Source: Verrucomicrobiota bacterium (GTDB lineage Bacteria; Verrucomicrobiota; Verrucomicrobiia; Limisphaerales; Palsa-1400). From it: 29,982 bases of DNA. The translations under genes were made by a program, and so were the position numbers. The notes below the pieces were generated by a model. It made no database searches. It saw only the letters and a list, made by a program, of their open reading frames with translations, and was not told the origin of the DNA. The DNA lies in NCBI GenBank assembly GCA_049510745.1, contig JBEKYR010000055.1, forward strand, positions 1-29,982. Reading direction: 5' to 3'. This document shows, piece by piece, positions 17,543 to 26,410 of the stretch (position 1 is its first letter; each line of letters begins with the position of its first letter).

Positions 17543-18430
17543 TCAACGCGCGGGCAACGAGCTGGTTTCCAATAGGCGGCGGAAGGTCTGGTGTGTTTGC
17601 AGGACTTCGTCGTGCGGCAGGGCGCTGAAAAGGAAAACCAGACGGTTGTTTCGGAGGTCGGCGGGCGTGGCGTTGGTTTCGTTCGCGCTGAAGTAGGGCA
17701 CGCCGCTGCCTTGCAACGCCGTCATCAGCCCTTCCGTTTCATCCTTCGTGCCGCCGTGCTCGGTGTAGAGATCAATGAAACGCCCCGGATGATGGTCGAA
17801 CCAGACGGCGAACCGCTCCGTTTTCGCATAGAGGGCATCGAACAGCCAGACTTCGCGGATGTGGGCGGTCAATCCGCCGCGGGCCAAGATCGCCGACATG
17901 ACTTCGTAGCCGCCGCTGTGCCCGCAAAGAATAATGCGTCCGAGCCGGGCACTGTCAATTAAACCCCGCTGGCGCAACGCCTCGACGGCCTCGGCCATGA
18001 ACCGTTGGAAGCCGCCGGCGTCCTCGAGTTTGCCGCCGAAGGAGTCCGAGGCGTCGAACGGACCTTGCGGGACGATGAGGATGGCGTTGCGCCGGCTGGC
18101 GGTGAATTGTCCAGGCAATTGGTACTTTTCGAGCACGTTGGTGACATGGTTCCCCCAGCCGTGGAAATGGACGACGAAATCCACTTTGCGGCCCGGACGG
18201 AAACCGTTGGGAACAAAGAGCGCAACGTGGCTGTCTTGATAGTGTTCGGCGGCGGAAAAAAATTTGTCCTTGTATTGGTGGCCTTCGGCGCGAAGCGGGT
18301 GGGGGAAGGGGGCGGAGACGAAGTTGGTGATGATCAGGCAGCCCGGCGAGTTGGTGTCTTCGGCCCGGTCGCCGGCCATCAGGCGCGCGGCGGCCAGGAA
18401 ACAGAGCAACGGCAAAAGGATTTTCTTCAT
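17543..18430 (-). CDS. Secreted alpha/beta-hydrolase-fold protein (295 aa)
   Basis: Signal peptide MKKILLPLLCFL; VVHFHGW oxyanion region, nucleophile elbow GHSGG, LFDALY and a C-terminal His (PHDEV). Confidence 0.75.
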   Translation of the reverse strand: MKKILLPLLCFLAAARLMAGDRAEDTNSPGCLIITNFVSAPFPHPLRAEGHQYKDKFFSAAEHYQDSHVALFVPNGFRPGRKVDFVVHFHGWGNHVTNVLEKYQLPGQFTASRRNAILIVPQGPFDASDSFGGKLEDAGGFQRFMAEAVEALRQRGLIDSARLGRIILCGHSGGYEVMSAILARGGLTAHIREVWLFDALYAKTERFAVWFDHHPGRFIDLYTEHGGTKDETEGLMTALQGSGVPYFSANETNATPADLRNNRLVFLFSALPHDEVLQTHQTFRRLLETSSLPAR

Positions 18431-18549
18431 GCGCGCGGAAACGATGCCGGACGGCGCGCGGATTGTGAAGGAATTATCGCCACCGGCGGGCTGGCGTTGC
18501 CGAAAGTGACAGCCAGAAACCGGACGTGGCTGGTCCGCCGCGGACACCA

Positions 18550-19737
18550 TCACAGTTCGCGCAAGGCCGCCGCGATAGGCAGCCGGGCGGCGCGAACCGC
18601 CGGGAGGAGGCCGCCGATCAACCCAATCGTCGCCGCCCAAACCATGCCTTGGAGCAGCAATTGCGGCGTGACCCGGAAGGCAAACGCCACCTGGCTGAAG
18701 CTCTGAAAGTTCATCGTGGAGGTGTGAAAATTATTGAAGGCGAAATACGCCAGACTGCCCCCCACCACGCCGCCGAGCAACGCCAGCAACAGCGATTCGA
18801 TCATCAAAGAAACCACCACCGCTCCGCCGCCAAATCCCAGCGCCCGCAGCGTGGCAATTTCCCGCGTCCGCGCCGCGACCGCGCTGTACATGGTGTTCAA
18901 CGCGCCAAAGACCGCGCCGATGGCCATGAGAAAAGCAACCGAGAAGCCCAGCGACGTAATCAGCCGCGTCATGGTTTCGGATTGCTGGGCGTAATACTCG
19001 GATTGCCGGGCGGCTTTCACCGTCAGTTGCGGGTTGGAGGTCAACGAGTCTTTGAACCCTTGAAACGCGCCCGGTGACGTCAGCCTGGCGCGGACGGACT
19101 GGAACGAATCGCCGCGATGGTAGGCGGCTTGGAGCACCTTGGCATCGGTCCAGATTTCCGATTCGCAAACCGCGCCGTTGGCCGAAAACATTCCGACCAC
19201 CGGCCATTCATAGCGCCCGACTTTCAGGCTCGAGCCAACGTCCAGGCCGGCGAACTCCCGGGCCGCGCCGCTGCCGACGATCACCTCATCCTTTCCCCAG
19301 TCGAACATCCGGCCCTGGATGATCCTGAGGTTGTCGCGCACTTCGAGGGCGGCGGCTTCCACGCCACGCAACGGCACGTTGGCATCCGTGCCGGTGGAGC
19401 GTTTGGGCAGGTTGATAATGACGAATAATTCCGCGGAGGAGAGCGGCCCCCGGGCGGTGCGCGCCACCCCGGGAGAGTCGGCGATGATCTGGGTTTGTTC
19501 GCGGGAAAAACCGCTGACCATTTCGCTGTCCGCTCCGCTCCGCAGCACGATGGCGGTGTCCGGCGAACTGGAAACGGTCATGGCCTGCCTGAAGCCCGCC
19601 GCCATCGAGAGCACGCCGACGAGCACGGCGACGACGCCCGCAATGCCGATGACGGTCGTCGCCACCGGGCCGCGCCGTTGCGGAATGCTCATCAACCCGA
19701 ATCTGGTGATGGATGCGATTTGTGAAAGCCAGTTCAT
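18550..19737 (-). CDS. ABC transporter permease (MacB/FtsX family)
   Basis: N-terminal TM, periplasmic domain, NTMYSAVAARTREIATLRALGF, GGLLPAVRAAR. Confidence 0.92.
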   Translation of the reverse strand: MNWLSQIASITRFGLMSIPQRRGPVATTVIGIAGVVAVLVGVLSMAAGFRQAMTVSSSPDTAIVLRSGADSEMVSGFSREQTQIIADSPGVARTARGPLSSAELFVIINLPKRSTGTDANVPLRGVEAAALEVRDNLRIIQGRMFDWGKDEVIVGSGAAREFAGLDVGSSLKVGRYEWPVVGMFSANGAVCESEIWTDAKVLQAAYHRGDSFQSVRARLTSPGAFQGFKDSLTSNPQLTVKAARQSEYYAQQSETMTRLITSLGFSVAFLMAIGAVFGALNTMYSAVAARTREIATLRALGFGGGAVVVSLMIESLLLALLGGVVGGSLAYFAFNNFHTSTMNFQSFSQVAFAFRVTPQLLLQGMVWAATIGLIGGLLPAVRAARLPIAAALREL

Positions 19738-19749
19738 GGGGCCAGTCTG

Positions 19750-20904
19750 TTATATTCTGCGCAAGGCGTCGGACACGCGGAGGCGCAGGGCCTGGAGCGC
19801 GGGAAAAATTCCGGTGGCCAAACCGAGCGCCAGACAGAGAACCGCGCCCATCAGCAAATCGCGTCCCGGAAAAAAGAAGAGCGGCAGCAGGCCGCCGGTG
19901 GGATCGCCGCGGGAAATGACCATCCACGCCAGCCCAAGACCGAGACCTCCGCCCAGGCCCGAAAGCAGGCACGACTCGACGAGGATGAGGGCGACCACCT
20001 GGGCATTGGTGAAGCCGATGGCTTTGAGCAGGCCCAACTCTCCGGTGCGCTCGCGCACGGCCTGGGACATGGTGTTGCCAGTCACCAGCAGGATGGTGAA
20101 AAACACCGCGCCGAGAATCGCCGCGACAATCAGCTCGATGTTGCCGATCTGGCTGACCCACGCCTGGACGAATGCTCCTTCCGGCTCCGTTTTCGTTTCG
20201 GCGTCGGAATTTTCAAATTCTCTATCCACCAGGGTCGCCGTTTCCGCCGCCCGCGCAGGGTCTTTGACCCGGATGGTGTACCAGCCGACCAATCCTTTGC
20301 CGTTGCTGCGCGCTTCGTCGAAGTAATCGTAGCGGAAGAGCATCGGGGTCGTGTCCGTCCCTTTGTCCTTTCCGTCAAAAATGCCCACGATATCGAACTC
20401 CCAGGTGCGGCTGCCGTTTGCCTGCGACCAGATGGAAGTCTGAATGGGCACTTTATCGCCGATCTTCCAATGAAAGCGCTCGGCCGTTTTCCGGCCGACA
20501 ACGGCGCCGGTGCGGTTTTGCAGCCAGGCCTTTTTCTGCTCCGGCGGCAGGATGAATTCCGGATGAATCTCGCAGAACTCCTCCGGCTCCACGGGAGTTT
20601 GCATGAAAAAATTCTTCGGGTCCTGATAAATCCCGCCGAACCACGTTTGATGCGTGGCCAGAACCACGCCCGGGATTCGCTCCATCCGGGCTTTGTAACT
20701 CTGCGGCAGAAGCTGGATAATGGAAACCTTGTGGCGGACGATCAGCCGGTCCGCCCCCGCCATATGCACGCCGCCGGTCAGGGCCTGTTTGATGGAGGAA
20801 AGAAAACCGAAGAGCACAAAAGCCACCAGCACGGAAAGCAGCGTCAGCAGCGTGCGCAGCTTTTTGCGTTTGAGATTGCTCCAGATGAGATGGGCGAATT
20901 TCAT
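19750..20904 (-). CDS. ABC transporter permease (MacB/FtsX family)
   Basis: NLKRKKLRTLLT, NTMSQAVRERTGELGLLKAIGF, GIFPALQALRL. Confidence 0.92.
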   Translation of the reverse strand: MKFAHLIWSNLKRKKLRTLLTLLSVLVAFVLFGFLSSIKQALTGGVHMAGADRLIVRHKVSIIQLLPQSYKARMERIPGVVLATHQTWFGGIYQDPKNFFMQTPVEPEEFCEIHPEFILPPEQKKAWLQNRTGAVVGRKTAERFHWKIGDKVPIQTSIWSQANGSRTWEFDIVGIFDGKDKGTDTTPMLFRYDYFDEARSNGKGLVGWYTIRVKDPARAAETATLVDREFENSDAETKTEPEGAFVQAWVSQIGNIELIVAAILGAVFFTILLVTGNTMSQAVRERTGELGLLKAIGFTNAQVVALILVESCLLSGLGGGLGLGLAWMVISRGDPTGGLLPLFFFPGRDLLMGAVLCLALGLATGIFPALQALRLRVSDALRRI

Positions 20905-21608
20905 TTCTCCGCCTGACTGCCCAATTGGCCTTTGTTGAGATACACCGTCCGCGCCGCGCGCGCCGAGGCGTGCGGATCGTGTGTGACCATGATGATCGTC
21001 TTGCCGTGTTCCCGGTTGAGCGCCTGGAGCAAATCCAGGATTTCATCCCCCGCCTTGCGGTCCAAGTCGCCCGTCGGCTCGTCGCACAGCAGGAGGGTCG
21101 GATCGGTCACAATGGCGCGGGCGATGCCCACCCGCTGCTGTTCGCCGCCGGAAAGGGTGCGCGGATAATGTTGGGCGCGATGCGACAGGCCCACGATGGC
21201 CAACGCCGTCTCGACGTGCTTTCTCCGCTCGGCTTTGGAAAGGTGCGTGAGGAGCAGCGGCAATTCCACGTTGCGCTCCGCGTTGAGCACGGGCATGAGG
21301 TTGTAAAGCTGAAAGACAAAACCGACATGCCGGGCGCGCCAATGCGCCAGTTGCGGGTCGGAAAGCTGGTCAATGCGTTCCTGGCCCACGGTCACCGATC
21401 CTTTGGTGGGGCGGTCCAACCCGCCGATCAGATTGAGCAGGGTGGTCTTGCCCGATCCCGACGGCCCCATCAGCGCGAGGAATTCGCGGGCGGGAACCTG
21501 CAGACTCAAATCGGCCAGCACGTGAATGTCTTCCGCGCCGCGATGGAAAACCTTCTCCACCCGATCCACCCGCACCAGCGCGCCGCCGTCTTTTTCATTT
21601 TCGTTCAT
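20901..21608 (-). CDS. ABC transporter ATP-binding protein (LolD/MacB-type)
   Basis: [32 protein letters not shown]. Confidence 0.95.
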   Translation of the reverse strand: MNENEKDGGALVRVDRVEKVFHRGAEDIHVLADLSLQVPAREFLALMGPSGSGKTTLLNLIGGLDRPTKGSVTVGQERIDQLSDPQLAHWRARHVGFVFQLYNLMPVLNAERNVELPLLLTHLSKAERRKHVETALAIVGLSHRAQHYPRTLSGGEQQRVGIARAIVTDPTLLLCDEPTGDLDRKAGDEILDLLQALNREHGKTIIMVTHDPHASARAARTVYLNKGQLGSQAEK

Positions 21609-22825
21609 GACTTCTTTTCCTTGACCGCAGCCCCATCTTTCAGGCCGGGGGGCGGGTCCACAATCACTTTTTCGCCGGCGCTCATACCGGCGCTCAACAC
21701 CGCGTCATCGCCCTGCGTGTCGCTGACGGTGACGGCGCGCCGTTCGGCGCGGCCATTTTGCACGGCGAAAACGACGTCGTGGCCGTCCTGGTTTTGCAGG
21801 GCACTTTTGGGAACAAGCACCGCGAGGGCCGCCGCGGCGGGCGCGCCGGCCGTTTCGAGAAAGGCGACTTTTACCGCCATGTCCGGCAGGATGCGCGGGT
21901 CCAGTTTATCGAAACCGACGCGCACTTTGACGGTCGCTTTCTGGCGGTCCGCCGTGGGAATAATGGCGATGACGTGGCACGGGATCATCCAGTCGGGGTA
22001 GGCGTCCAGCGTGGCCTGGGCCGCCTGGGCCGGCTCGACGCGGTTGATGTAGCTTTCGTTGACGTCGAGTTCAATTTCCAGCGAGTTCATATCGACAATA
22101 GTGCAAATCCCCGTGCGGGTGAAGCCGCCGCCCGCGGAAACGGGGGAAATCATTTCGCCGGGTTGCGCGTCCTTGGTCGTGACCACGCCGTCGAAGGGGG
22201 CGCGGATGACCATGTCCTCAATCTGCTGCTTCCACAGCGTGACCTGGCGTTCGGCGGTGGTGATGTCCAATTCCTGCCGCGCCAGGCGCGCCCGCAGGGT
22301 CATGGCGTCGGACTCGGCTTTGTCGAGGTCGGATTGCGAGGCGATGTTCAGTTTGGCCAGGTCGGTGGAGCGCTTGAATTCCAGGTCGGCTTGTTTGAGT
22401 TGGGCGCGCGTTTCTTCCAGGGAGACGCGCGCGGATTCCAATTGCGCCTGGGCCACGTCCAGACTGGTCTTGACATTCGAATCGTCCAGTCGCGCCAAAA
22501 CCTGCCCCTCTTTGACTTTCATCCCTTCCTCGATGAGCACCTCCACCACCTTGCCGGTGACTTTGGCGGAAACCGTCGCCTCCCGTCGCGCGGTGACATA
22601 GCCGGATGCGTGCAAGACCGCCCGGTCCGTCCCGCCGCCGCTTCGGCGGGCCAGAACGGTTTGCACTTCCACCATGTCGGAATGTCCGTGCCACCAGAGC
22701 GCGCCGCCGGCCAGCAAAACCAGAATGACCGCCACAACCGCCAGCCATGCGTTGCTGGAGGACCGCGCCGCTTCCGGGCGGCGCTCGATGCGCAGGTCGT
22801 CCAATGCGGGTTTCGGCAACCTCAT
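21605..22825 (-). CDS. Efflux periplasmic adaptor (MacA/HlyD-like membrane fusion protein)
   Basis: N-terminal TM, ASGYVTARR, lipoyl halves (VKEGQVLARLD, IRAPFDGVV), coiled-coil hairpin, IPTADRQKATV. Confidence 0.92.
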   Translation of the reverse strand: MRLPKPALDDLRIERRPEAARSSSNAWLAVVAVILVLLAGGALWWHGHSDMVEVQTVLARRSGGGTDRAVLHASGYVTARREATVSAKVTGKVVEVLIEEGMKVKEGQVLARLDDSNVKTSLDVAQAQLESARVSLEETRAQLKQADLEFKRSTDLAKLNIASQSDLDKAESDAMTLRARLARQELDITTAERQVTLWKQQIEDMVIRAPFDGVVTTKDAQPGEMISPVSAGGGFTRTGICTIVDMNSLEIELDVNESYINRVEPAQAAQATLDAYPDWMIPCHVIAIIPTADRQKATVKVRVGFDKLDPRILPDMAVKVAFLETAGAPAAAALAVLVPKSALQNQDGHDVVFAVQNGRAERRAVTVSDTQGDDAVLSAGMSAGEKVIVDPPPGLKDGAAVKEKKS

Positions 22826-22891
22826 AAGATGGCATTATAGGGAAAGGCGGGGTCGGGGGCGAGAGTTAATGATTCGGGCATTAATGGACTG

Positions 22892-23896
22892 TCAGCCTGC
22901 CTTGAGCCACCGCGCCGCGGAGGTCGCGGCGTAAGTGATGATAAAGTCCGCTCCCGCGCGCCGCATGGCCAGCAGCGTCTCCAGCGTCACGGCCCGTTCG
23001 TCAATCCAGCCCTTTGCCGCCGCGGCTTTGATCATGGAAAACTCCCCGCTCACCGCGTAGGCCGCCGTCGGATAGCCGAATTCCGTCTTGACCCGGTGCA
23101 GAATATCCAGATAGGCCAGGGCGGGCTTCACCATCACCATGTCCGCCCCTTCCCGAATATCCAGGGCGACTTCCCGCAAGGCCTCGCGGGCGTTGGCCGC
23201 ATCCATTTGATAGGCGCGGCGATCGCCGAATTGCGGCGCCGATTCCGCCGCGTCGCGAAAAGGGCCGTAATAGGCGGAAGCGAATTTTGCCGCGTAGGAC
23301 AGGATGGGCGTGTCGGCAAAACCGTGCTGGTCGAGCGCCTGGCGAATCGCCGCCACCCGGCCATCCATCATATCGCTGGGCGCCACCAGGTCCGCGCCCG
23401 CCATCGCATGGCTCAGAGCGGTTCGCGCCAGCAGCGGCAAGGTGCGGTCATTGGCCACCCGGCCCCCTTTGTCTTTCTCCACGATGCCGCAATGGCCGTG
23501 ACTCATGTACTCGCACAGGCAGACATCCGTGAACACCAGCAAGCCGGGCAAATGCTTTTTCAGCAGGCGAACGCTCTGTTGGACAATGCCGTTGCGGGCA
23601 TAGGCGCCCGAAGCCTTTTCATCCTTGGTTCCAGGAATGCCAAAAAGCAAAACCGCCGGAACGCCCGACTCGAACGCCTTCTCCGCCTCGCGGACAACTT
23701 CGTCCGGCGACAACTGGAAAACGCCGGGCATGGAGGGGACGGGCTGGCGCAGCTTGCGGCCGGCGCGGGCGAAGAGCGGCAAGACCAGTTGGCCCGCGGT
23801 CAACGAGGTCTCCCGCACCAGGCTCCGCCAGACCGCCGACTGCCGGAGCCGGCGGGGCCGATACGCGGGAAACTGTCCAATGACGGAAAAGTTCAT
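22892..23896 (-). CDS. hemB: Porphobilinogen synthase (ALA dehydratase), Zn-Cys type
   Basis: RPRRLR, DVCLCEYMSHGHCG, APSDMMDGRV, YAAKFASAYYGPFRDAA, MVKPAL. Confidence 0.97.
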   Translation of the reverse strand: MNFSVIGQFPAYRPRRLRQSAVWRSLVRETSLTAGQLVLPLFARAGRKLRQPVPSMPGVFQLSPDEVVREAEKAFESGVPAVLLFGIPGTKDEKASGAYARNGIVQQSVRLLKKHLPGLLVFTDVCLCEYMSHGHCGIVEKDKGGRVANDRTLPLLARTALSHAMAGADLVAPSDMMDGRVAAIRQALDQHGFADTPILSYAAKFASAYYGPFRDAAESAPQFGDRRAYQMDAANAREALREVALDIREGADMVMVKPALAYLDILHRVKTEFGYPTAAYAVSGEFSMIKAAAAKGWIDERAVTLETLLAMRRAGADFIITYAATSAARWLKAG

Positions 23897-23942
23897 GCGG
23901 CCAGCGTAATGAAATGGAACGGCCGGGGCAACAGCCTTTGCA

Positions 23943-24059
23943 ATGCCTCAGTGACGGCGGGCTTGGGAATGGTAGGGTCGCCTCGCCGAGGCGACCACCC
24001 GGCAAGAACCACCCTCGGACGGCTCGGCGAGCCGTCCCTACCATCCGTCACTGAGGCAT
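23943..24059. repeat. GTAG-type REP doublet (REPIN) enclosed in a 15-bp outer inverted repeat
   Basis: REP GGTAGGGTCGCCTCGCCGAGGCGACC (23971-23996) and inverted REP GGACGGCTCGGCGAGCCGTCCCTACC (24017-24042). Outer IR ATGCCTCAGTGACGG at 23943-23957 and 24045-24059. Confidence 0.85.
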
Positions 24060-24116
24060 CACCTGCCTTTCCGGTTTTGTCTTTTGCCTTTGGGCGGGCG
24101 GGGTTAGGCTGGGCGC

Positions 24117-24695
24117 ATGTGGAAGAAAGCCGCGTCCGCGCTCGGAGCGTTGGCCATCATATTCGCGCTCGGCCTGTTTCTGGGCGTGATGGCGTACAAG
24201 TGGTTTGCGTCCGGAGCGGGAGGCCTTTTCAACACGGCCACCGTGGTCAAAAAGGTGCAAACCCTCTCCCAATTCACCACCGTCAAATATACGTTGGAAA
24301 AGGTGGTGGTGTACGAAGACGCCAAATGGTACGGCGACAGCCGGGTCCTGCTCGTGGCGCACGGGATCGTCAAGGCCGGCATCGACCTCGATCAACTGGG
24401 ATCGAACGACATCCACATTTCCGGCAAAAAAATCTCCATGACCCTCCCCCGCCCGCGCGTCACCGACGTGTATCTGGACGACCACCACAGCGAAATAGTG
24501 GAGAGATCGACCGGCATCCTTCGAGCCTTCGACAAGGACCTGGAGCAAAGCGCGCGCCGGGCGGCGGTGGACGAATTGCGGCTGGCGGCGCTGCGAAACG
24601 GGATTCTCAACGACGCCGCCGAGCGGGGCCGCTCGCAACTGACGATCCTGCTCTACCAGCTTGGCTTCACGGACATCGACCTGCGCTCGAAATAG
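24117..24695 (+). CDS. DUF4230-like membrane-anchored protein
   Basis: N-terminal TM; LLVAHGIVKAGIDL, ISMTLPRPRV, GILNDAAERG, LGFTDI pattern. Confidence 0.8.
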   Translation: MWKKAASALGALAIIFALGLFLGVMAYKWFASGAGGLFNTATVVKKVQTLSQFTTVKYTLEKVVVYEDAKWYGDSRVLLVAHGIVKAGIDLDQLGSNDIHISGKKISMTLPRPRVTDVYLDDHHSEIVERSTGILRAFDKDLEQSARRAAVDELRLAALRNGILNDAAERGRSQLTILLYQLGFTDIDLRSK

Positions 24696-24816
24696 GCACG
24701 TGCCGCCCAAGGCACATCTTGCCGCGAGGTATGGAGCGCGGGCCGGCCTTGACTGTCCCTGAACGACAGAAATGCTTTTCCCGTGACGTCAGCGGGTTTG
24801 TTCTGTCATAATTAAC

Positions 24817-26259
24817 ATGAACTCTGAATCCGCCACGAATCCGGGAAAGATGCTTTCCAGCATCATCCGAGTCGAAGCCGCTGACGGCAAACCGCTGCCC
24901 AACGTGACGGTCGTCCGCGTTGACCTCTCCACAAAGGCTGTTTTGAAAGGCACGGCCATGGAAGGCGGCAGCGAACGATTTCAGACCGATGCCGAAGGAC
25001 GATTCTCCTTGCCGTGGGACGGTACGAATGCAGTCCTGGTGGTGGCCAACGACAAGGGTTTTAGTCTGGCGCAGAGCAGCGACCTGATAAAAAGTCCAAA
25101 GATGATTGTCCGTCCTTGGGGCCGGATCGAAGGCCGTCGGATAAATCGCGGCCAGCCTGTGGTGGGGCAACGTCTCAAATACAGCGTCGCCATGAGGTTC
25201 CTGGTTTCTGAAGAGTTACGGGAAACAATCTCGGTTGCCAATTGTCGGGCCGTAACCGATCCGGAAGGCCGGTTTGTTTTCGAATTCGTTCCGCCCGTTG
25301 ACATTCTCCTCTCCGGAATGCAAAAGCATCCCGAAAGAGCATACTCCCAACTTCAATGGGCGGAGGTCGAGCCGGGAAAAACCAACCGGATTGAGATTGC
25401 CACAGAAGGACGGACGATTGTTGGACATTTGGAGTTGGACCCGGGATTAACCAGCCGGATTGATCTCATGTCTATTGCTGTCGGGATCCAGCCCGATATG
25501 GATATAAGGAAAGCTGCTTTGTGGCCTTCCATTCCGAAAGAATTTGACACGCCCGAAAAGCGAGTCAAATGGTGGCGCGAGTGGTATCACACAGATGCCG
25601 GTCGTCAACGTGTTGAAGCGTATTCCAGATTATGCGAGGTTGAAATTCACTCCGATGGTTCCTTCATTGCCGACCTGATCAAACCCGGCAAGTATTTCAT
25701 GACCAGCGACATTGCGGAGAATGGAAAAATGGTGGCCGTGTTGCGCGAGCACGTCGATCTTCCTCCAGCCGGAACGAATGCCGAAAATGAGCCGTTTGAC
25801 ATGGGCAAAGCCACCATCAAGAGCGCTGTGAACCTGAAAGTCGGCGACGTGGCGCCCGAGTTCAGTGTCACGATTCTTGATGGCAAGCCCCTCAAACTTT
25901 CTTCACTCCTGGGAAAATATGTCCTGCTGGATTTCTGGGCCACTTGGTGCGGGCCATGCGTTGCCGAAACACCCAGTCTGAAGACAACCTATGACGCGTT
26001 CGGCAAAGATGAACGCTTCGTGATGATCAGCTTGAGTCTGGATGCGGATCAAGCAGCGCCAATTCAATTTGCCCGAAATCAGGGCATGGCGTGGACTCAG
26101 GGTTTTCTCGGCGAATGGTTAAAGAATAGAGTGACGCTATGCTATGGGGTCTATGGCATCCCCGCAATTTTCCTGATTGGCCCGGATGGCAAAGTATTAG
26201 CCGCCGGTCTGCGAGGTCCAAAAATCAAAGAAGCCGTGGCAGCGGCATTGGCGCATTGA
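24817..26259 (+). CDS. TlpA-like redoxin with N-terminal beta-sandwich (carboxypeptidase-regulatory-like) domains
   Basis: LKVGDVAPEF...VLLDFWATWCGPC...YGIPAIFLIGPDG; N-terminal TDAEGRF and TDPEGRF motifs. Confidence 0.85.
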   Translation: MNSESATNPGKMLSSIIRVEAADGKPLPNVTVVRVDLSTKAVLKGTAMEGGSERFQTDAEGRFSLPWDGTNAVLVVANDKGFSLAQSSDLIKSPKMIVRPWGRIEGRRINRGQPVVGQRLKYSVAMRFLVSEELRETISVANCRAVTDPEGRFVFEFVPPVDILLSGMQKHPERAYSQLQWAEVEPGKTNRIEIATEGRTIVGHLELDPGLTSRIDLMSIAVGIQPDMDIRKAALWPSIPKEFDTPEKRVKWWREWYHTDAGRQRVEAYSRLCEVEIHSDGSFIADLIKPGKYFMTSDIAENGKMVAVLREHVDLPPAGTNAENEPFDMGKATIKSAVNLKVGDVAPEFSVTILDGKPLKLSSLLGKYVLLDFWATWCGPCVAETPSLKTTYDAFGKDERFVMISLSLDADQAAPIQFARNQGMAWTQGFLGEWLKNRVTLCYGVYGIPAIFLIGPDGKVLAAGLRGPKIKEAVAAALAH

Positions 26260-26410
26260 TGGAGGTTGTTCCGGCTAATCGGCGCGGCGCGCATCATTTC
26301 CCCAATTGCCGTTTGTGAAACGCCCGCCTGGACAAAAGGCCCGTATAAAATGACTGCCTGTCAAATCCCCTTGGCAGCGTGGCGGGGTTTTGGTTATCTG
26401 GGCAGGCTCA

